Source of the DNA: Patescibacteria group bacterium
GTDB lineage: Bacteria; Patescibacteriota; Patescibacteriia; SG8-24
Direction: 5' to 3'
Assembly (NCBI GenBank): GCA_041667185.1
Contig: JBAYFM010000001.1
Span: 32,052 to 96,051, forward strand
DNA: 64,000 bases
The notes beneath the pieces are model-generated. The model was not told where the DNA came from. It saw nothing but the letters and a program-made list of their open reading frames with translations, and ran no database searches. Position numbers and translations under genes: made by a program. This document shows, one piece after another, positions 18,058 through 29,832 of the stretch (the stretch's first letter is position 1; every line of letters starts with the position of its first letter).

Positions 18058-20538
18058 ATGAGATATCCCGGTTTAAAAGCGCAGGAGGTCAAAGATCTGC
18101 GATTCCAGTTCGGAGCCAACGTCCTGCCGGCCGAACGCGTCGCTTCGGGGCTGCGTATTTTTTTGGCGCAATTCACCAATCCGCTGGTCTACATTCTTTT
18201 GGGCGTCGGCGGGATCTCCCTGGCCATCCGGGAATATCGCGACGCCGGTTTCATCCTGCTGACAGTCGTCCTGAATTCGGTCTTCGGTTTCGTCCAGGAA
18301 TACAAGGCACAAAAGACCCTGACCGCCCTGAAAAGGATGGTCCAGCCGACCGCCAAGGTCATCCGCGACGGCGTGCGCCAGGAGATCGTCGCTTCTGAAT
18401 TGGTGCCCGGCGACATTGTCTTTCTGACCGTCGGCGATCGCGTACCGGCCGATGCTGCGGTCCTGGAAGCGGCGTCCTTTTTCGCCGACGAGTCGTTCCT
18501 GACCGGCGAATCCGAACCGGTCGCCAAGCGCGCCGGCGACGAGGTTTATATGGGGTCGGTGATCTCCTGGGGCACAGCGACGATCAGGATCTCCAAGATC
18601 GGTTCGGCCACCAAGATCGGTGAGATCGCCGCTTCGATCAAAGAGACCGTCCAGCCGCCGACGACCCTGCAGGTCCGACTGGAGAAATACACCCGGACTC
18701 TGATCGCGATCGCCGTCGGCATCAGCATCCTGCTCTTCATCATCGGTTCCGCGACCGGCGTCGGTCCGGCGCAGATGTTCCGGGTATCGACCGTGCTGCT
18801 CATCGCTATGATCCCCGAGGCGCTGCTCATGGCCGTGACCCTGATCCTGGCCATCGCCATGCAGAAGATCCTGAAGCGCAAAGCCCTCATCCGGAAACTC
18901 CTGGCTGTCGAGACTCTCGGTTCCGTGACCACGATCTGCACCGACAAGACCGGCACCCTGACCGAGGGCAAGATGCGGGTGACCGAGGCTGAATTCGTCG
19001 ATCGGCAGTCCGGATTGGACGTGATCTGTCTCTGTAATAATATTTCCGACGCCACGGAGATCGCGCTGTGGGATTATCTGGCCCGGCAGGAAAATTTCGA
19101 TCCTCAGGCCACTTACGATCGGTCGCCGCGAATCCTGGAAATACCTTTCAATAGCGAACATAAGTTCATGGCTGCCGCCAACTGCGCGGCCGCGTCAACC
19201 GAATGTTCGCTGTCGGTCAAGGGCGCACCTGAAGTGGTCTTGGCTATGACCGAGCTCGCGGCGGAGGAACAGGCGGTCATCTTGAAGAAGGTCGAAAAAT
19301 GGGGCGGCGAAGGTCTGCGGGTCCTGGCGCTCGCGCGGCGCGCGCTGGCCCGGGAAGAGCTCGATTCCGTCGCGGTCGGTTCGATGCCGACGCTCAAATT
19401 CATCGGTCTCGTCGGTTTGTGGGATCCGCCGCGCCAGGAAGTCAAGGAAGCGCTGCGGACGGCCCGGGAAGCCGGCATCAAGATCAAAGTGATCACGGGT
19501 GACTACCGGCACACGGCCGTGAAGATCATGGATCATCTGGGGCTGGCGATCGGTCCGAACGGTCTGCTCGAGGGGCGCGAGATCGACGGACTCAGCGACG
19601 AGGCTCTGAGATCCCGGGTGACCGAGGCTGTGCTGTTCACGCGGGTCATGCCGCGGCACAAGCTCAGGATCGTGAACGCCCTGCAGTCCCTGGGCGAGAT
19701 CGTGGCCATGACCGGCGACGGCGTGAACGACGCGCCGGCCCTGAAGAAGGCTAATATCGGCATCGTGGTCGGCACCGCTTCCGAAGTGGCCAAGGAAACC
19801 GCCGACGTCATTCTTTTGGACAGCAATTTCAAGACCATCGTGGCCGCCGTGGAAGAGGGGCGGGTCGTGTTCGAGAATATCCGCAAAGCCATCTTCTACA
19901 TGCTGGCCAATTCTTTCAGCGCGGTCATGATCACGTCGGGAGCGATCATCTTCGGCTGGCCGATGCCGCTCTCCGTCGCCCAGATCCTCTGGATCCACCT
20001 GATCTGCGACGGGCCGCAGGACATCACTCTGGGACTCGAACCTAAGGAAGAGGAGATCTTGGGTGAAGGCCCCAAACGGCTCAGTGAGCCGATCCTGGAC
20101 CGGACCAGATTGTTCCTGATCTTCAGTACGTCGTTCCTCTCAGCCGCTTTCGCCCTGTCGCTGTTCTGGTATTTCGGCTTGCGCCTGGCCGATATGGAAC
20201 TCGGGCGGACCATGGCGCTCACGGCGGCCACGCTCGGTTCGATCCTGTTTATCATTCCCAGCCGCAGCTTCCGCAAGCCTTTCTGGCGCTACGGCAATTT
20301 CTGGAAGAATCCCTGGCTGCTCGCCGCCGTAGCCATCAATCTGACCCTCCAGATAGTCGTGACCTATGTGCCGTATACGCGTAATTTCTTGAAGCTGGCG
20401 CCGCTCGGAGCCGCTCATTGGGGGCTGCTGTTTTTGGGCATAGCCGCCATGATCATGTTCATCGAGGCGGTCAAATGGTGGCAGCAGAAGCATGGCCTCC
20501 GGCTGCGGACCGGACGGGCCGGCAGCGCCGTCGTTTAA
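18058..20538 (+). CDS. P-type cation-transporting ATPase (P2/P3-type, Ca2+/Mg2+-like)
   Basis: ICTDKTGTLTEGKM phosphorylation site, TGDGVNDAPALKKANIGI hinge and about 10 TM helices. The track ORF starts with TTG at 18031; ATG 18058 is preferred but not certain. Confidence 0.85.
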   Translation: MRYPGLKAQEVKDLRFQFGANVLPAERVASGLRIFLAQFTNPLVYILLGVGGISLAIREYRDAGFILLTVVLNSVFGFVQEYKAQKTLTALKRMVQPTAKVIRDGVRQEIVASELVPGDIVFLTVGDRVPADAAVLEAASFFADESFLTGESEPVAKRAGDEVYMGSVISWGTATIRISKIGSATKIGEIAASIKETVQPPTTLQVRLEKYTRTLIAIAVGISILLFIIGSATGVGPAQMFRVSTVLLIAMIPEALLMAVTLILAIAMQKILKRKALIRKLLAVETLGSVTTICTDKTGTLTEGKMRVTEAEFVDRQSGLDVICLCNNISDATEIALWDYLARQENFDPQATYDRSPRILEIPFNSEHKFMAAANCAAASTECSLSVKGAPEVVLAMTELAAEEQAVILKKVEKWGGEGLRVLALARRALAREELDSVAVGSMPTLKFIGLVGLWDPPRQEVKEALRTAREAGIKIKVITGDYRHTAVKIMDHLGLAIGPNGLLEGREIDGLSDEALRSRVTEAVLFTRVMPRHKLRIVNALQSLGEIVAMTGDGVNDAPALKKANIGIVVGTASEVAKETADVILLDSNFKTIVAAVEEGRVVFENIRKAIFYMLANSFSAVMITSGAIIFGWPMPLSVAQILWIHLICDGPQDITLGLEPKEEEILGEGPKRLSEPILDRTRLFLIFSTSFLSAAFALSLFWYFGLRLADMELGRTMALTAATLGSILFIIPSRSFRKPFWRYGNFWKNPWLLAAVAINLTLQIVVTYVPYTRNFLKLAPLGAAHWGLLFLGIAAMIMFIEAVKWWQQKHGLRLRTGRAGSAVV

Positions 20539-20700
20539 GGCGGATTTCTCGGCCGACTGGCGCGGCTGGTTGACAAGGGCGCGATCTTGGTATAAGCTCA
20601 GGCACGTTATTACTCCGCTATTCGGCGGAGCCGGACTCGATCCTCTGGAGTGTCATCGAATTAAGATGCGACCCTGAAGGCTTCGGGTCGCATATTTCGT

Positions 20701-22095
<1,395 letters not shown>

Positions 22096-22216
22096 GCGGC
22101 ATCAGCCCGTTGAATAAATAGCAGCCCCGTGAGGCGTATCGCGGGGCTGTTTGGTATCTGGCACGGCTGCGGGAGTGTGTTAATATGAAAAGCGCTATTC
22201 GCGGACCTGCGCTGTT

Positions 22217-22909
22217 ATGCAAGAAAAGTTTGTCGAACAATCCGGCTGTCGGCTGAGATATCTTCAGCAAGGGGAGGAGCCGGTCTGGCTCATTCATACC
22301 GGCACGCACGGCGATGAGCAAGCGGTCATTGATTCCGTCGGGCGTTATTTGCGTTCGCGCGCCGGGGTCTTGCCGGATCTGATCTGGGTGCCGGAGACAA
22401 GTCCGTCGGCGGTCGCGCGCGGGACGCGCCTGAATGCGCGGGACGTGAATTTGAACCGGGTCTTCTATGACGATGCGGAAGAGCCCGAGGTGCGGGCTAA
22501 TCTGCGTCTGCTTGCCGGCCGGAGCTTCCGTCATTTTTTGTCGGCCCACGAGGATCTGACCACGGATAAATTTTATCTGTACGAGCAGGACGATAATTCG
22601 GCGACGCCGGAGTTCGCGCGCCTGTACGCCGGACTCGCCGCGCTCGGCATCGGCCTGTACGAGGGTCTGGATGACGACGATCCGGTGCTCGGCAATGACA
22701 TCAAACGCGGATATTTTTTCAGCCGCACATCGCGGCGCCCGAACGGCGTTCTCGATGGCACGGTCGAAGGGTATGTCGGGTTCAACCGTTTGGCGTCGGG
22801 CAAGATCATCACCGCCGAAGTGCCGGGGCGGCTGCCTCAGGAAAAGAAGGATGCCGTGGTGGCGCTGTTGTTCGAATATTTGGCTGGGAGTGACGGAGTC
22901 AGGGAGTGA
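22217..22909 (+). CDS. M14-type zinc carboxypeptidase / succinylglutamate desuccinylase-aspartoacylase family (MpaA-like)
   Basis: IHTGTHGDEQAV (HxxE zinc site) in a ~230-aa AstE/AspA-type fold. The stop codon lies inside a dispersed repeat copy. Confidence 0.55.
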   Translation: MQEKFVEQSGCRLRYLQQGEEPVWLIHTGTHGDEQAVIDSVGRYLRSRAGVLPDLIWVPETSPSAVARGTRLNARDVNLNRVFYDDAEEPEVRANLRLLAGRSFRHFLSAHEDLTTDKFYLYEQDDNSATPEFARLYAGLAALGIGLYEGLDDDDPVLGNDIKRGYFFSRTSRRPNGVLDGTVEGYVGFNRLASGKIITAEVPGRLPQEKKDAVVALLFEYLAGSDGVRE

Positions 22910-22998
22910 CGGAGTCATTAGAACTTCAAAGCGCATAAAAAAGAGCGGGATATTATCCCGCTCTTTTTAAATTTACTTCGTCTCTCCCTGACTTCGCA
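22886..22998. repeat. MITE-like dispersed repeat copy (family R1) containing a bidirectional terminator
   Basis: Left end gggagtgacggagtcagggagtgacggagtc; internal terminator aaaaaagagcggga-tatt-atcccgctcttttt; right end tctctccctgacttcgca, the inverse of gagtcagggag. Confidence 0.5.
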
Positions 22999-23006
22999 TC
23001 TTCTGC

Positions 23007-24092
23007 CTACTGCACGAACGGCCCCACGAACTCGATGCTTGCGTCCGGCTTGATGATCGTCTTGCCGCCGATAGGGATGAGCAGCGGATTCTTCGTCACG
23101 CCGTGGCCGAAGTTCGTGACCATGAGTACGGGCAGCGGGTCGTTGCTTTCGATGCGATCCTCCAGGACCTCGCTCAGCAGATATTGGATGTAATGCGGCG
23201 CCGATTCGGTGGTGAATTCGCCGCAGTTGGCGGCGTTCGGCGTTACCGGCGCGGGGTTCGCCGCCGGCGCGGCTCCTGGCACGGCGGGCGCCGGAGGCTG
23301 GCCGAAGATCTGGTCATATTTGCGTTCGGCGCTGGCGTAGTCCTTGTCGTCCATACGGCCGATGACGATCGCTCGGAGTTGCCGGAAGACGCGGCGCTGG
23401 TCGAGCGCGATGACGATGCGATGGAAATCCTCGGCGTCGAGATCAACGTCCTCCATGAACAGGATGAATGGTTTCCAGGAGGCCGAGCCGTAGCGGCAGA
23501 CGTCGAGCATGTCGCGGAAAGTCTCCAGATTGCCGCCGATGGCGATGCCTTCGATCGGTTTCGTCGGCGGGGGACAGGTCAGCCAGCGGCTGCCGGGTTC
23601 GTTGAAGGAGAAATTCTGGGTCCGGCCCTCGATGACGTCGAAGAAGAGCTGGTGGTTGTCGTGCGAGAAGATACCGCCGGCGTTGGCGTAATGGAACGTC
23701 AGCAGGTCAATCTCGAAATAAAGATGATTGATGAGGAAAGTCGTGTCGCTGAAGCCGTTCACGATCGGCGCCTGCTTCTTGATGACCTTCAGATCCTCTT
23801 CGGAGAGATGCCGGACGATGTCGCCGCAGCCGGTGCCGCCGTAGATCGGCAGGAGCCAGTTGGCGTTCTTCGAAGCCGCGCGGAATTGCTTGAGGCGTTC
23901 GCGTTCGGAGGCCGCGAGATAGCGCGGGTCGAGTTCGTGCCGCTCGACGTCGTAGACCTTGGTCTTCGGGTAGGACTTGGTCAGTCTTTTCACCGCCGCC
24001 TCGAAACCATGAAGATCGCTGCGTCCGACCGGGGACGAAGTATGCACGAGATTGATCTGGCTGTCGGGCGTCAGGCGCTTGGGGAGCAGCAT
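23007..24092 (-). CDS. LD-carboxypeptidase (peptidase S66, LdcA/MccF-like)
   Basis: VNGFSDTTFL (the GFSDxT serine motif) in an S66 fold, with a C-terminal Pro/Ala-rich stretch. Confidence 0.7.
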   Translation of the reverse strand: MLLPKRLTPDSQINLVHTSSPVGRSDLHGFEAAVKRLTKSYPKTKVYDVERHELDPRYLAASERERLKQFRAASKNANWLLPIYGGTGCGDIVRHLSEEDLKVIKKQAPIVNGFSDTTFLINHLYFEIDLLTFHYANAGGIFSHDNHQLFFDVIEGRTQNFSFNEPGSRWLTCPPPTKPIEGIAIGGNLETFRDMLDVCRYGSASWKPFILFMEDVDLDAEDFHRIVIALDQRRVFRQLRAIVIGRMDDKDYASAERKYDQIFGQPPAPAVPGAAPAANPAPVTPNAANCGEFTTESAPHYIQYLLSEVLEDRIESNDPLPVLMVTNFGHGVTKNPLLIPIGGKTIIKPDASIEFVGPFVQ

Positions 24093-24096
24093 AATA

Positions 24097-24672
24097 TCAG
24101 TCTTTAGGGTAAGCGGTGAGACCGTCTTTGCGGCGGGCTTCTTTTTCGGCGGCGTTGGCGTATTCGTGAGCGTCGTTGTAGCACTTGCCGCGTTTCATGA
24201 GCGCATACTCGAACAGCTCGTGGACCGCGATGTATTTCAGTTCCGGTCCGGCCGCCGCTGAATCGAGCCAGATCTCGTTTTTCGGGACGTACTTGTAAAC
24301 CAGGTTGTGTCCGCCGAAGAAAAAATCCGGGTCCAGGTGGCGGCGTACGGCCGGGCCGTCCGCGAGATAGATCTTGAGCTGGCCGTGTCGGGCCAAAAGC
24401 TCGAGGCGGCAGCGTTGCGGCAGGTCGCGATTGAATTTATCCGGACGCAGCAAGGCTTTGGCTTTTTCCCAGCCGAATTTTTTCACGAGCCGCTTCTTGA
24501 TCCTGTAGACATGCAGCAGAAAATCCTTTTCCGGCAGAAAATACCGCTCCAGCCAGAGTTGGCCGGGCTTCACGTACGGATAGATGTCTTGGTCTCCCAG
24601 AGCGCAAAATTCGATGTCCTGGGTGTTGCGGATTTTGAAACCGTCGACGATCTTGAGCTTTTTGGCGGCCAT
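24097..24672 (-). CDS. Hypothetical protein (possible HExxE-type minimal metalloprotein)
   Basis: No clear family; contains IAVHELFEYALMK. Its stop abuts the LdcA-like start, suggesting an operon. Confidence 0.35.
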   Translation of the reverse strand: MAAKKLKIVDGFKIRNTQDIEFCALGDQDIYPYVKPGQLWLERYFLPEKDFLLHVYRIKKRLVKKFGWEKAKALLRPDKFNRDLPQRCRLELLARHGQLKIYLADGPAVRRHLDPDFFFGGHNLVYKYVPKNEIWLDSAAAGPELKYIAVHELFEYALMKRGKCYNDAHEYANAAEKEARRKDGLTAYPKD

Positions 24673-24840
24673 ACTGATAATAGCGCTTATTTTAGCTTAG
24701 TATCAGCTCTTCAATCTTTAAATACTGTGGGTTGATCGTAACCTGTTTTGGCCTTAAAGTCAACCCTGAGGATCAGGCCGAGGCAGTGGCCGTGATTGCG
24801 CTTAATGCTGAAATTGGTATATTTCCCGGGTCAATGCGTT

Positions 24841-25977
24841 ATGGAATTCAAACTTTTGAAGCGTTCGCGGCATAGCCGGGCCCGGCTCGGCATCCTGAAG
24901 ACGGCTCATGGCGAGGTTGAGACCCCGGCCATTGTTCCGGTTGCCACCCAGGCTACGGTCAAGACGCTCACTTCGCGGCAGGTCGAGGAGGCCGGTTGCC
25001 AGCTGCTCATCTGCAACACGTTCCATCTGCACTTGAAACCCGGCGAGGAAGTGGTGAAGCGCGGCGGCGGGCTGCACGGGTTCATGAACTGGAAGCGGCC
25101 GCTCATGACCGATTCCGGCGGCTACCAGGTGTTCAGTCTGGGCTTCGGCCGCGACCTCGGCGTCGGCAAGATCGCCAAGCCCGGTTCGGCGAAGCGCGTG
25201 AAGAGCGGCCAGCAGCCGCACCTCCTGAAGATCGACGAGGACGGGGTCTGGTTCACGTCCTACATCGACGGGCGCAAGGTGTTCATCGGGCCGGAGGAAT
25301 CGATCCGCATCCAGCAGGCGCTCGGCGCGGACATCATTTTCGCGTTCGACGAGTGCACGGCGCCGTCGGCCGACAAGGCCTACACCAAAAAATCGCTCGC
25401 GCTCACTCACCGCTGGGCGGCGCGCTGTCTCGCCGCGAAGAAAGGGGAGCGGCAGGCGCTCTATGGCGTCGTGCAGGGCGGCCGCTTCGAGGATCTGCGG
25501 CGCGAGAGCGCGCGGTTCATGGCCGGACTGGATTTCAACGGTTTCGGCATCGGCGGCGAGTTCGGCGACGACAAGAAAGCGATGGGCCGGATGATCCGCT
25601 GGGTCACGGACGAACTGCCGGAAGCGAAACCGCGGCACCTGCTGGGCATCGGCCATCCCGACGATCTCGTCACGATCGTCAAAGCCGGGGCCGACACTTT
25701 TGATTGCACGGCGCCGACCCATTACGCCCGCCACGGCACAGCCTTCGTTTCGAATGGCCGTCTCGATCTGAACCAGAGCCGTTTTCTCAGGGATCGCCGG
25801 CCGCTCGATCCGCGTTGCGGCTGCTTCGTCTGTGCTGAGCACACGCGGAGCTACCTGAGTCACTTGATCCGCGCCAAAGAGGTCGCCGGCATGGTGCTGC
25901 TCACCAGCCATAATCTGCATTTTTTCAACGGCTTGGTCGCCGACATCCGGCGGCGGATAAAGAAAGGCCTGTTGTGA
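24841..25977 (+). CDS. tgt: Queuine tRNA-ribosyltransferase
   Basis: LICNTFHL, FDEC and the zinc site CGCFVCAEHTRSYLSHL. Confidence 0.9.
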   Translation: MEFKLLKRSRHSRARLGILKTAHGEVETPAIVPVATQATVKTLTSRQVEEAGCQLLICNTFHLHLKPGEEVVKRGGGLHGFMNWKRPLMTDSGGYQVFSLGFGRDLGVGKIAKPGSAKRVKSGQQPHLLKIDEDGVWFTSYIDGRKVFIGPEESIRIQQALGADIIFAFDECTAPSADKAYTKKSLALTHRWAARCLAAKKGERQALYGVVQGGRFEDLRRESARFMAGLDFNGFGIGGEFGDDKKAMGRMIRWVTDELPEAKPRHLLGIGHPDDLVTIVKAGADTFDCTAPTHYARHGTAFVSNGRLDLNQSRFLRDRRPLDPRCGCFVCAEHTRSYLSHLIRAKEVAGMVLLTSHNLHFFNGLVADIRRRIKKGLL

Positions 25978-27020
25978 GCGTCGCTTTGAGCCTGAAAAAA
26001 ATGCTGCAGCGGTACGATTACGATTTTCCGCCGGAGCTCATCGCCAAGGAGCCGGCGTCGCCGCGTGATGCCGCCCGGCTTTTGGTCTATCGCCGCGCCA
26101 AAAAAGACATCGTTCACGCGCGCTTCCTCGATCTGCCCGGCCAGCTGCCGCCCGGTTCCGTGCTGGTCTTCAATGAGACTAAGGTCGTGCCCGCACGGCT
26201 GGTGCTCCGCAAGCCGACGGGCGGCAAAGCCGTCCTGCTTTACGTTGACCGCGCCGGCCGCGATCTGCGGTTCATGGCCGATCGCCGGCTGGAGATCGGC
26301 TCGACGCTGACGCTCGACGCGCGCCATCATTTCAAGATCACCGGTCAGCAGGCGAATTTTTATCTGCTGCGGCCGCTTTTTCCCATGGCGCGTTTTCCGG
26401 GACTCCTGGAACGTCACGGCTTGACCCCGCTGCCGCCATACATAAAAGACTCGCCGCTCACGGAAGCCCAGGCGCGCGAGAAATACCAGGCGGTCTTCGC
26501 GAAACGCCGCGGGTCGGTCGCCGCGCCCACGGCTTCGCTGCATTTTACCGGGCGGCTGCTCGCCAAGCTCCGCCGGCGCGGTTTCGACGCGCGGTTCGTG
26601 ACCTTGCATGTCGGGCTCGGGACTTTCGCGCCGGTCACGGAAGATCACTGGCGCCGCGGCCGCCTGCATCGCGAGCGCTACGAGATCGATCCGGCGACGG
26701 CCAGATTCCTTGAGCGCGCCAAGCGGCAGGGGAGGCCGATCGTCGCCGTCGGCACCACCGTGGTCCGGACGCTCGAGTCGGCGGCGGACGACCGCGGCCG
26801 TCTCCGCCAGCTCCGCGGCGACACCGACCTCTTCATCCGCGAGGGCGCGAAGTTCCGGTTCGTGGACGCGCTCGTCACCAATTTCCACGTGCCGCGTTCG
26901 AGCTTGCTTATGCTGGTCTCGGCTTTCGCCGGCCGCCGCGAGGTCCGGAAATTATACAGGCTGGCGATCGCGGAAAAATACCGCCTGTTCTCGTTCGGCG
27001 ACGGCATGCTGATCGTCTGA
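25974..27020 (+). CDS. queA: S-adenosylmethionine:tRNA ribosyltransferase-isomerase
   Basis: QueA family over its length (…PLPPYIKD…, VGTTVVRTLES). The GTG start overlaps the tgt stop. Confidence 0.85.
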   Translation: MSVALSLKKMLQRYDYDFPPELIAKEPASPRDAARLLVYRRAKKDIVHARFLDLPGQLPPGSVLVFNETKVVPARLVLRKPTGGKAVLLYVDRAGRDLRFMADRRLEIGSTLTLDARHHFKITGQQANFYLLRPLFPMARFPGLLERHGLTPLPPYIKDSPLTEAQAREKYQAVFAKRRGSVAAPTASLHFTGRLLAKLRRRGFDARFVTLHVGLGTFAPVTEDHWRRGRLHRERYEIDPATARFLERAKRQGRPIVAVGTTVVRTLESAADDRGRLRQLRGDTDLFIREGAKFRFVDALVTNFHVPRSSLLMLVSAFAGRREVRKLYRLAIAEKYRLFSFGDGMLIV

Positions 27021-27123
27021 CGTCCGGTCGTCAGCTGGTCGGGGCTGCGGAGATACCTTATTCGGTCATTCTGTAATATACTGTTCCTGATAAAGCGCTG
27101 GGCCGACCAGCCCGGCGAAATCT

Positions 27124-29481
27124 ATGGAAGCAGAAAAACCGCTTGATACGACCGCTCAGCCAGTTCATCTGGCCCGCACGCTCGGACCCGGATCCATCAT
27201 TTTCATGGGCATCGGCTGCCTGATCGGCGGCGGTATCTTCACTTTGCTCGGACCGGCCGCTGGTCTCGCCGGACCAGGACTTTTTCTCGCCATGATCCTC
27301 GGCTCCAGCGTGGCCTTCCTCAACTTGCAGATGTACCTGGCCTTGGGCACCACTTTTCCGGAGGCCGGCGGCGGTTATCTCTGGGTCCGCAAAGGGCTGG
27401 GCAACTTCCAGGGTTTCATGTCCGGCTGGCTCAGCTGGTTCGCCCACGCCGCGGCTTGCGGCACGTACGCCCTCAGCTTGGCCTACTACGGTTACGAACT
27501 ACTGCGCATGGTCGGCTTCGATCCGGGCATCAGCGTCGCTTCGTTCATGAAAGTCTTGGCCGTCGTCCTGATTCTGCTCTTCGGTTATCTTAACTGGCGC
27601 GGCACCAAGAGCATGGGTAACGCCGGCATCATCATCACCGGCGGCCTGCTGACCGTGCTCGCGGTTTTCATCGCAAGCGGTTTCGCCAAGATCGGGGCCG
27701 CGGCCCATCCACTCGCCAATTTTTCGCCGTTCCTGCCGAATGGTTTCTTTGGCGTCATCGCGGCCACGGCGTTTTTCTATATCGCCTTCGAGGGTTCGGA
27801 GATCCAGGTCCAGGCCGGCGAGGAAACAAAGAATCCGGAACGCGACCTGAAGGTCGGGCTGATCACTTCCTGGGCCGTCGTCTCGATCCTGTACATCCTG
27901 GTCAGTTTCGTCGTGATCGGCGCCACGCCGGCGGAGGGCGGAGCGGTCCATAAGGTGTTGAGCGGCTTCGGCGAAGGCGCGATCGTCCGCGCGGCCGAAG
28001 CCTTCATGCCCTGGGGCGCCGTCCTCATGACCATCGGCGGCTTTTTGGCCAATCTCGCCGCCCTGAACGCGACGATCTTTTCGGCCAGCCACGTCGCCTT
28101 TGCCATGGCCCGCGACAACAACATCTGGTCCCGGATGTCCCGCGTCCATCTGAAGAACTTCACGCCGGATCTGGCGGTCATCGTCTCGACTCTGCTCGTC
28201 TCCGTCATGGTCGTGGCCCTGCCACTCTTCGATGTCGCGAGCGCGGCCTCGCTGCTGTTCGTGCTCCTGTTCCTGCAGTTGAACCTCGCCGGCATCACCA
28301 TCCACCTCAAGTTTCCGGACATACGCTGGAAATATCGCATCCCGTTCTTTCCGGTCACGCCGCTCCTCGCCATCGTGCTGTATGTCTTCCTGGCCGCGAC
28401 GATGCTCCAGACCAACCTGACCGCTTGGCTCGTGACGATGGTCTGGATACTTTTGGGCCTCGTCAATTATTTCGCCTACGCCGCGCGCAAGGGCCGCGAG
28501 CAGTTCGAGGCCGAGATCGTCTACGAGGAACAGGTCCGTATCGGTCCGAAGACCGGCCAGCGGCTCCTGTTGCCGATCATGCCGACCGCGACCTTCGAAG
28601 ATATCGCCAAGCGCCTGGAGACCGCCGTGGTCATCGCTAGCCGCATGAAAGGGGAGATCATCATCCTCATGGTCCACGAGGTGCCGCAGCCGCTGATGCT
28701 GCTCGACGGCGCGACGATGACCCATGACCGCCAGATGCTCGACAATATCAAGCGCTGGGTCGAAGAGTTCAATGAAAAGACCCCCGGCCTCGATCATGAC
28801 ATCAATTTCCACAACCTGGTCATGGTCGGACGCGATATCACCGACACGATCCTGGAGGTCGTGAAGATGGAGGATTGCGACCTGCTGATGCTCTCCTGGA
28901 AGGGTTACACCCGGGTCAAGGGCACGGTCTTCGGCAGCAAGATCGACCGTATCCTGCGGGAGGCTCATTGCGATCTTCTGGTCCTCAAGGATCCGCAGCC
29001 GGTGAGTTCGATCATCTTGGCCGCGAATCCCAAGGGCAAGAATCCATCATTGAAACTGATCGGCGAGATCTACTCGGCGCTCAACGCCCAATACCATCCC
29101 AAGACCGAGCTGTTCTGCGTCCTGGGCAAAGAGGTGCCGGTCTATCTCAAGACCGACCCGACGGCGGTGCTCGGCGGTTTGGGTCTTCAAAAACAGGATG
29201 TCCAGGATATCAAGTTCACGAGTTCCAGTTCCATCACCAAGGCACTGATCGAAGAAGTGGACAGCGTCAGCGCCGACTTGGTCATTGTCGGGGCTTCCAA
29301 ACCCAAGTTCCTCAAAGACATCCGTTTCGGCCGGATCCCGGAGTCGCTGGCCAAACATCTTGAAGGCTCGTCGCTCATGATCGTCAAAGCCCACCAGACG
29401 GTGGCCGAGGCTTTCGGCGAGCGGTTGCGCGATTTCCTGGCGCGCCGGCCGAAGAATCTGCCGCCCGCGCCGCCTGTTTAG
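27124..29481 (+). CDS. APC-family amino acid permease fused to two C-terminal UspA (universal stress protein) domains
   Basis: About 12 TM helices over the first 440 aa. Two Usp-like modules follow (…IIILMVHEV… and …LVIVGASKPKF…). Confidence 0.8.
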   Translation: MEAEKPLDTTAQPVHLARTLGPGSIIFMGIGCLIGGGIFTLLGPAAGLAGPGLFLAMILGSSVAFLNLQMYLALGTTFPEAGGGYLWVRKGLGNFQGFMSGWLSWFAHAAACGTYALSLAYYGYELLRMVGFDPGISVASFMKVLAVVLILLFGYLNWRGTKSMGNAGIIITGGLLTVLAVFIASGFAKIGAAAHPLANFSPFLPNGFFGVIAATAFFYIAFEGSEIQVQAGEETKNPERDLKVGLITSWAVVSILYILVSFVVIGATPAEGGAVHKVLSGFGEGAIVRAAEAFMPWGAVLMTIGGFLANLAALNATIFSASHVAFAMARDNNIWSRMSRVHLKNFTPDLAVIVSTLLVSVMVVALPLFDVASAASLLFVLLFLQLNLAGITIHLKFPDIRWKYRIPFFPVTPLLAIVLYVFLAATMLQTNLTAWLVTMVWILLGLVNYFAYAARKGREQFEAEIVYEEQVRIGPKTGQRLLLPIMPTATFEDIAKRLETAVVIASRMKGEIIILMVHEVPQPLMLLDGATMTHDRQMLDNIKRWVEEFNEKTPGLDHDINFHNLVMVGRDITDTILEVVKMEDCDLLMLSWKGYTRVKGTVFGSKIDRILREAHCDLLVLKDPQPVSSIILAANPKGKNPSLKLIGEIYSALNAQYHPKTELFCVLGKEVPVYLKTDPTAVLGGLGLQKQDVQDIKFTSSSSITKALIEEVDSVSADLVIVGASKPKFLKDIRFGRIPESLAKHLEGSSLMIVKAHQTVAEAFGERLRDFLARRPKNLPPAPPV

Positions 29482-29499
29482 CAGTTTCAGCCTGTGGTA

Positions 29500-29513
29500 T
29501 AATTTTGTCGGCT
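29500..29513 (+). promoter_or_regulatory. Extended -10 promoter (tgtggTATAAT) for the hydrogenase operon
   Basis: cctgtggtataatttt lies about 30 nt upstream of the ferredoxin gene ATG. Confidence 0.45.
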
Positions 29514-29544
29514 TTAAATAATCTTTTTTAAACGTGAAAAAACT

Positions 29545-29823
29545 ATGGCTGCTCGCAAGATCGCCAAAGTCGAGGTCAAACGCGACCTCTGCATCGGGGC
29601 TTCGCCCTGCGTCATCGCCGCTCCGGGCGCGATGGAACTCGACGCCGACAACAAGGCTGTCTACAAACTCAAGGACGGCCAGCGCCTGTCCGGTCCGGTC
29701 GAGCGCGCGCTTCTCGAGGACCCGACCGTCGACGACGACACGCTTCTGACCGCGGCCCAGTCCTGCCCGGTCAAAGCGATCTATCTTTACGACGAAGAGG
29801 GGAAGCAGATCTTCCCGGAATAA
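29545..29823 (+). CDS. Small ferredoxin (single-cluster, Fer4_13/15-like)
   Basis: CIGASPCV...SCPVKAI cysteine pattern in a 92-aa protein. First gene of the operon. Confidence 0.5.
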   Translation: MAARKIAKVEVKRDLCIGASPCVIAAPGAMELDADNKAVYKLKDGQRLSGPVERALLEDPTVDDDTLLTAAQSCPVKAIYLYDEEGKQIFPE

Positions 29824-29832
29824 TCTTCGGCT

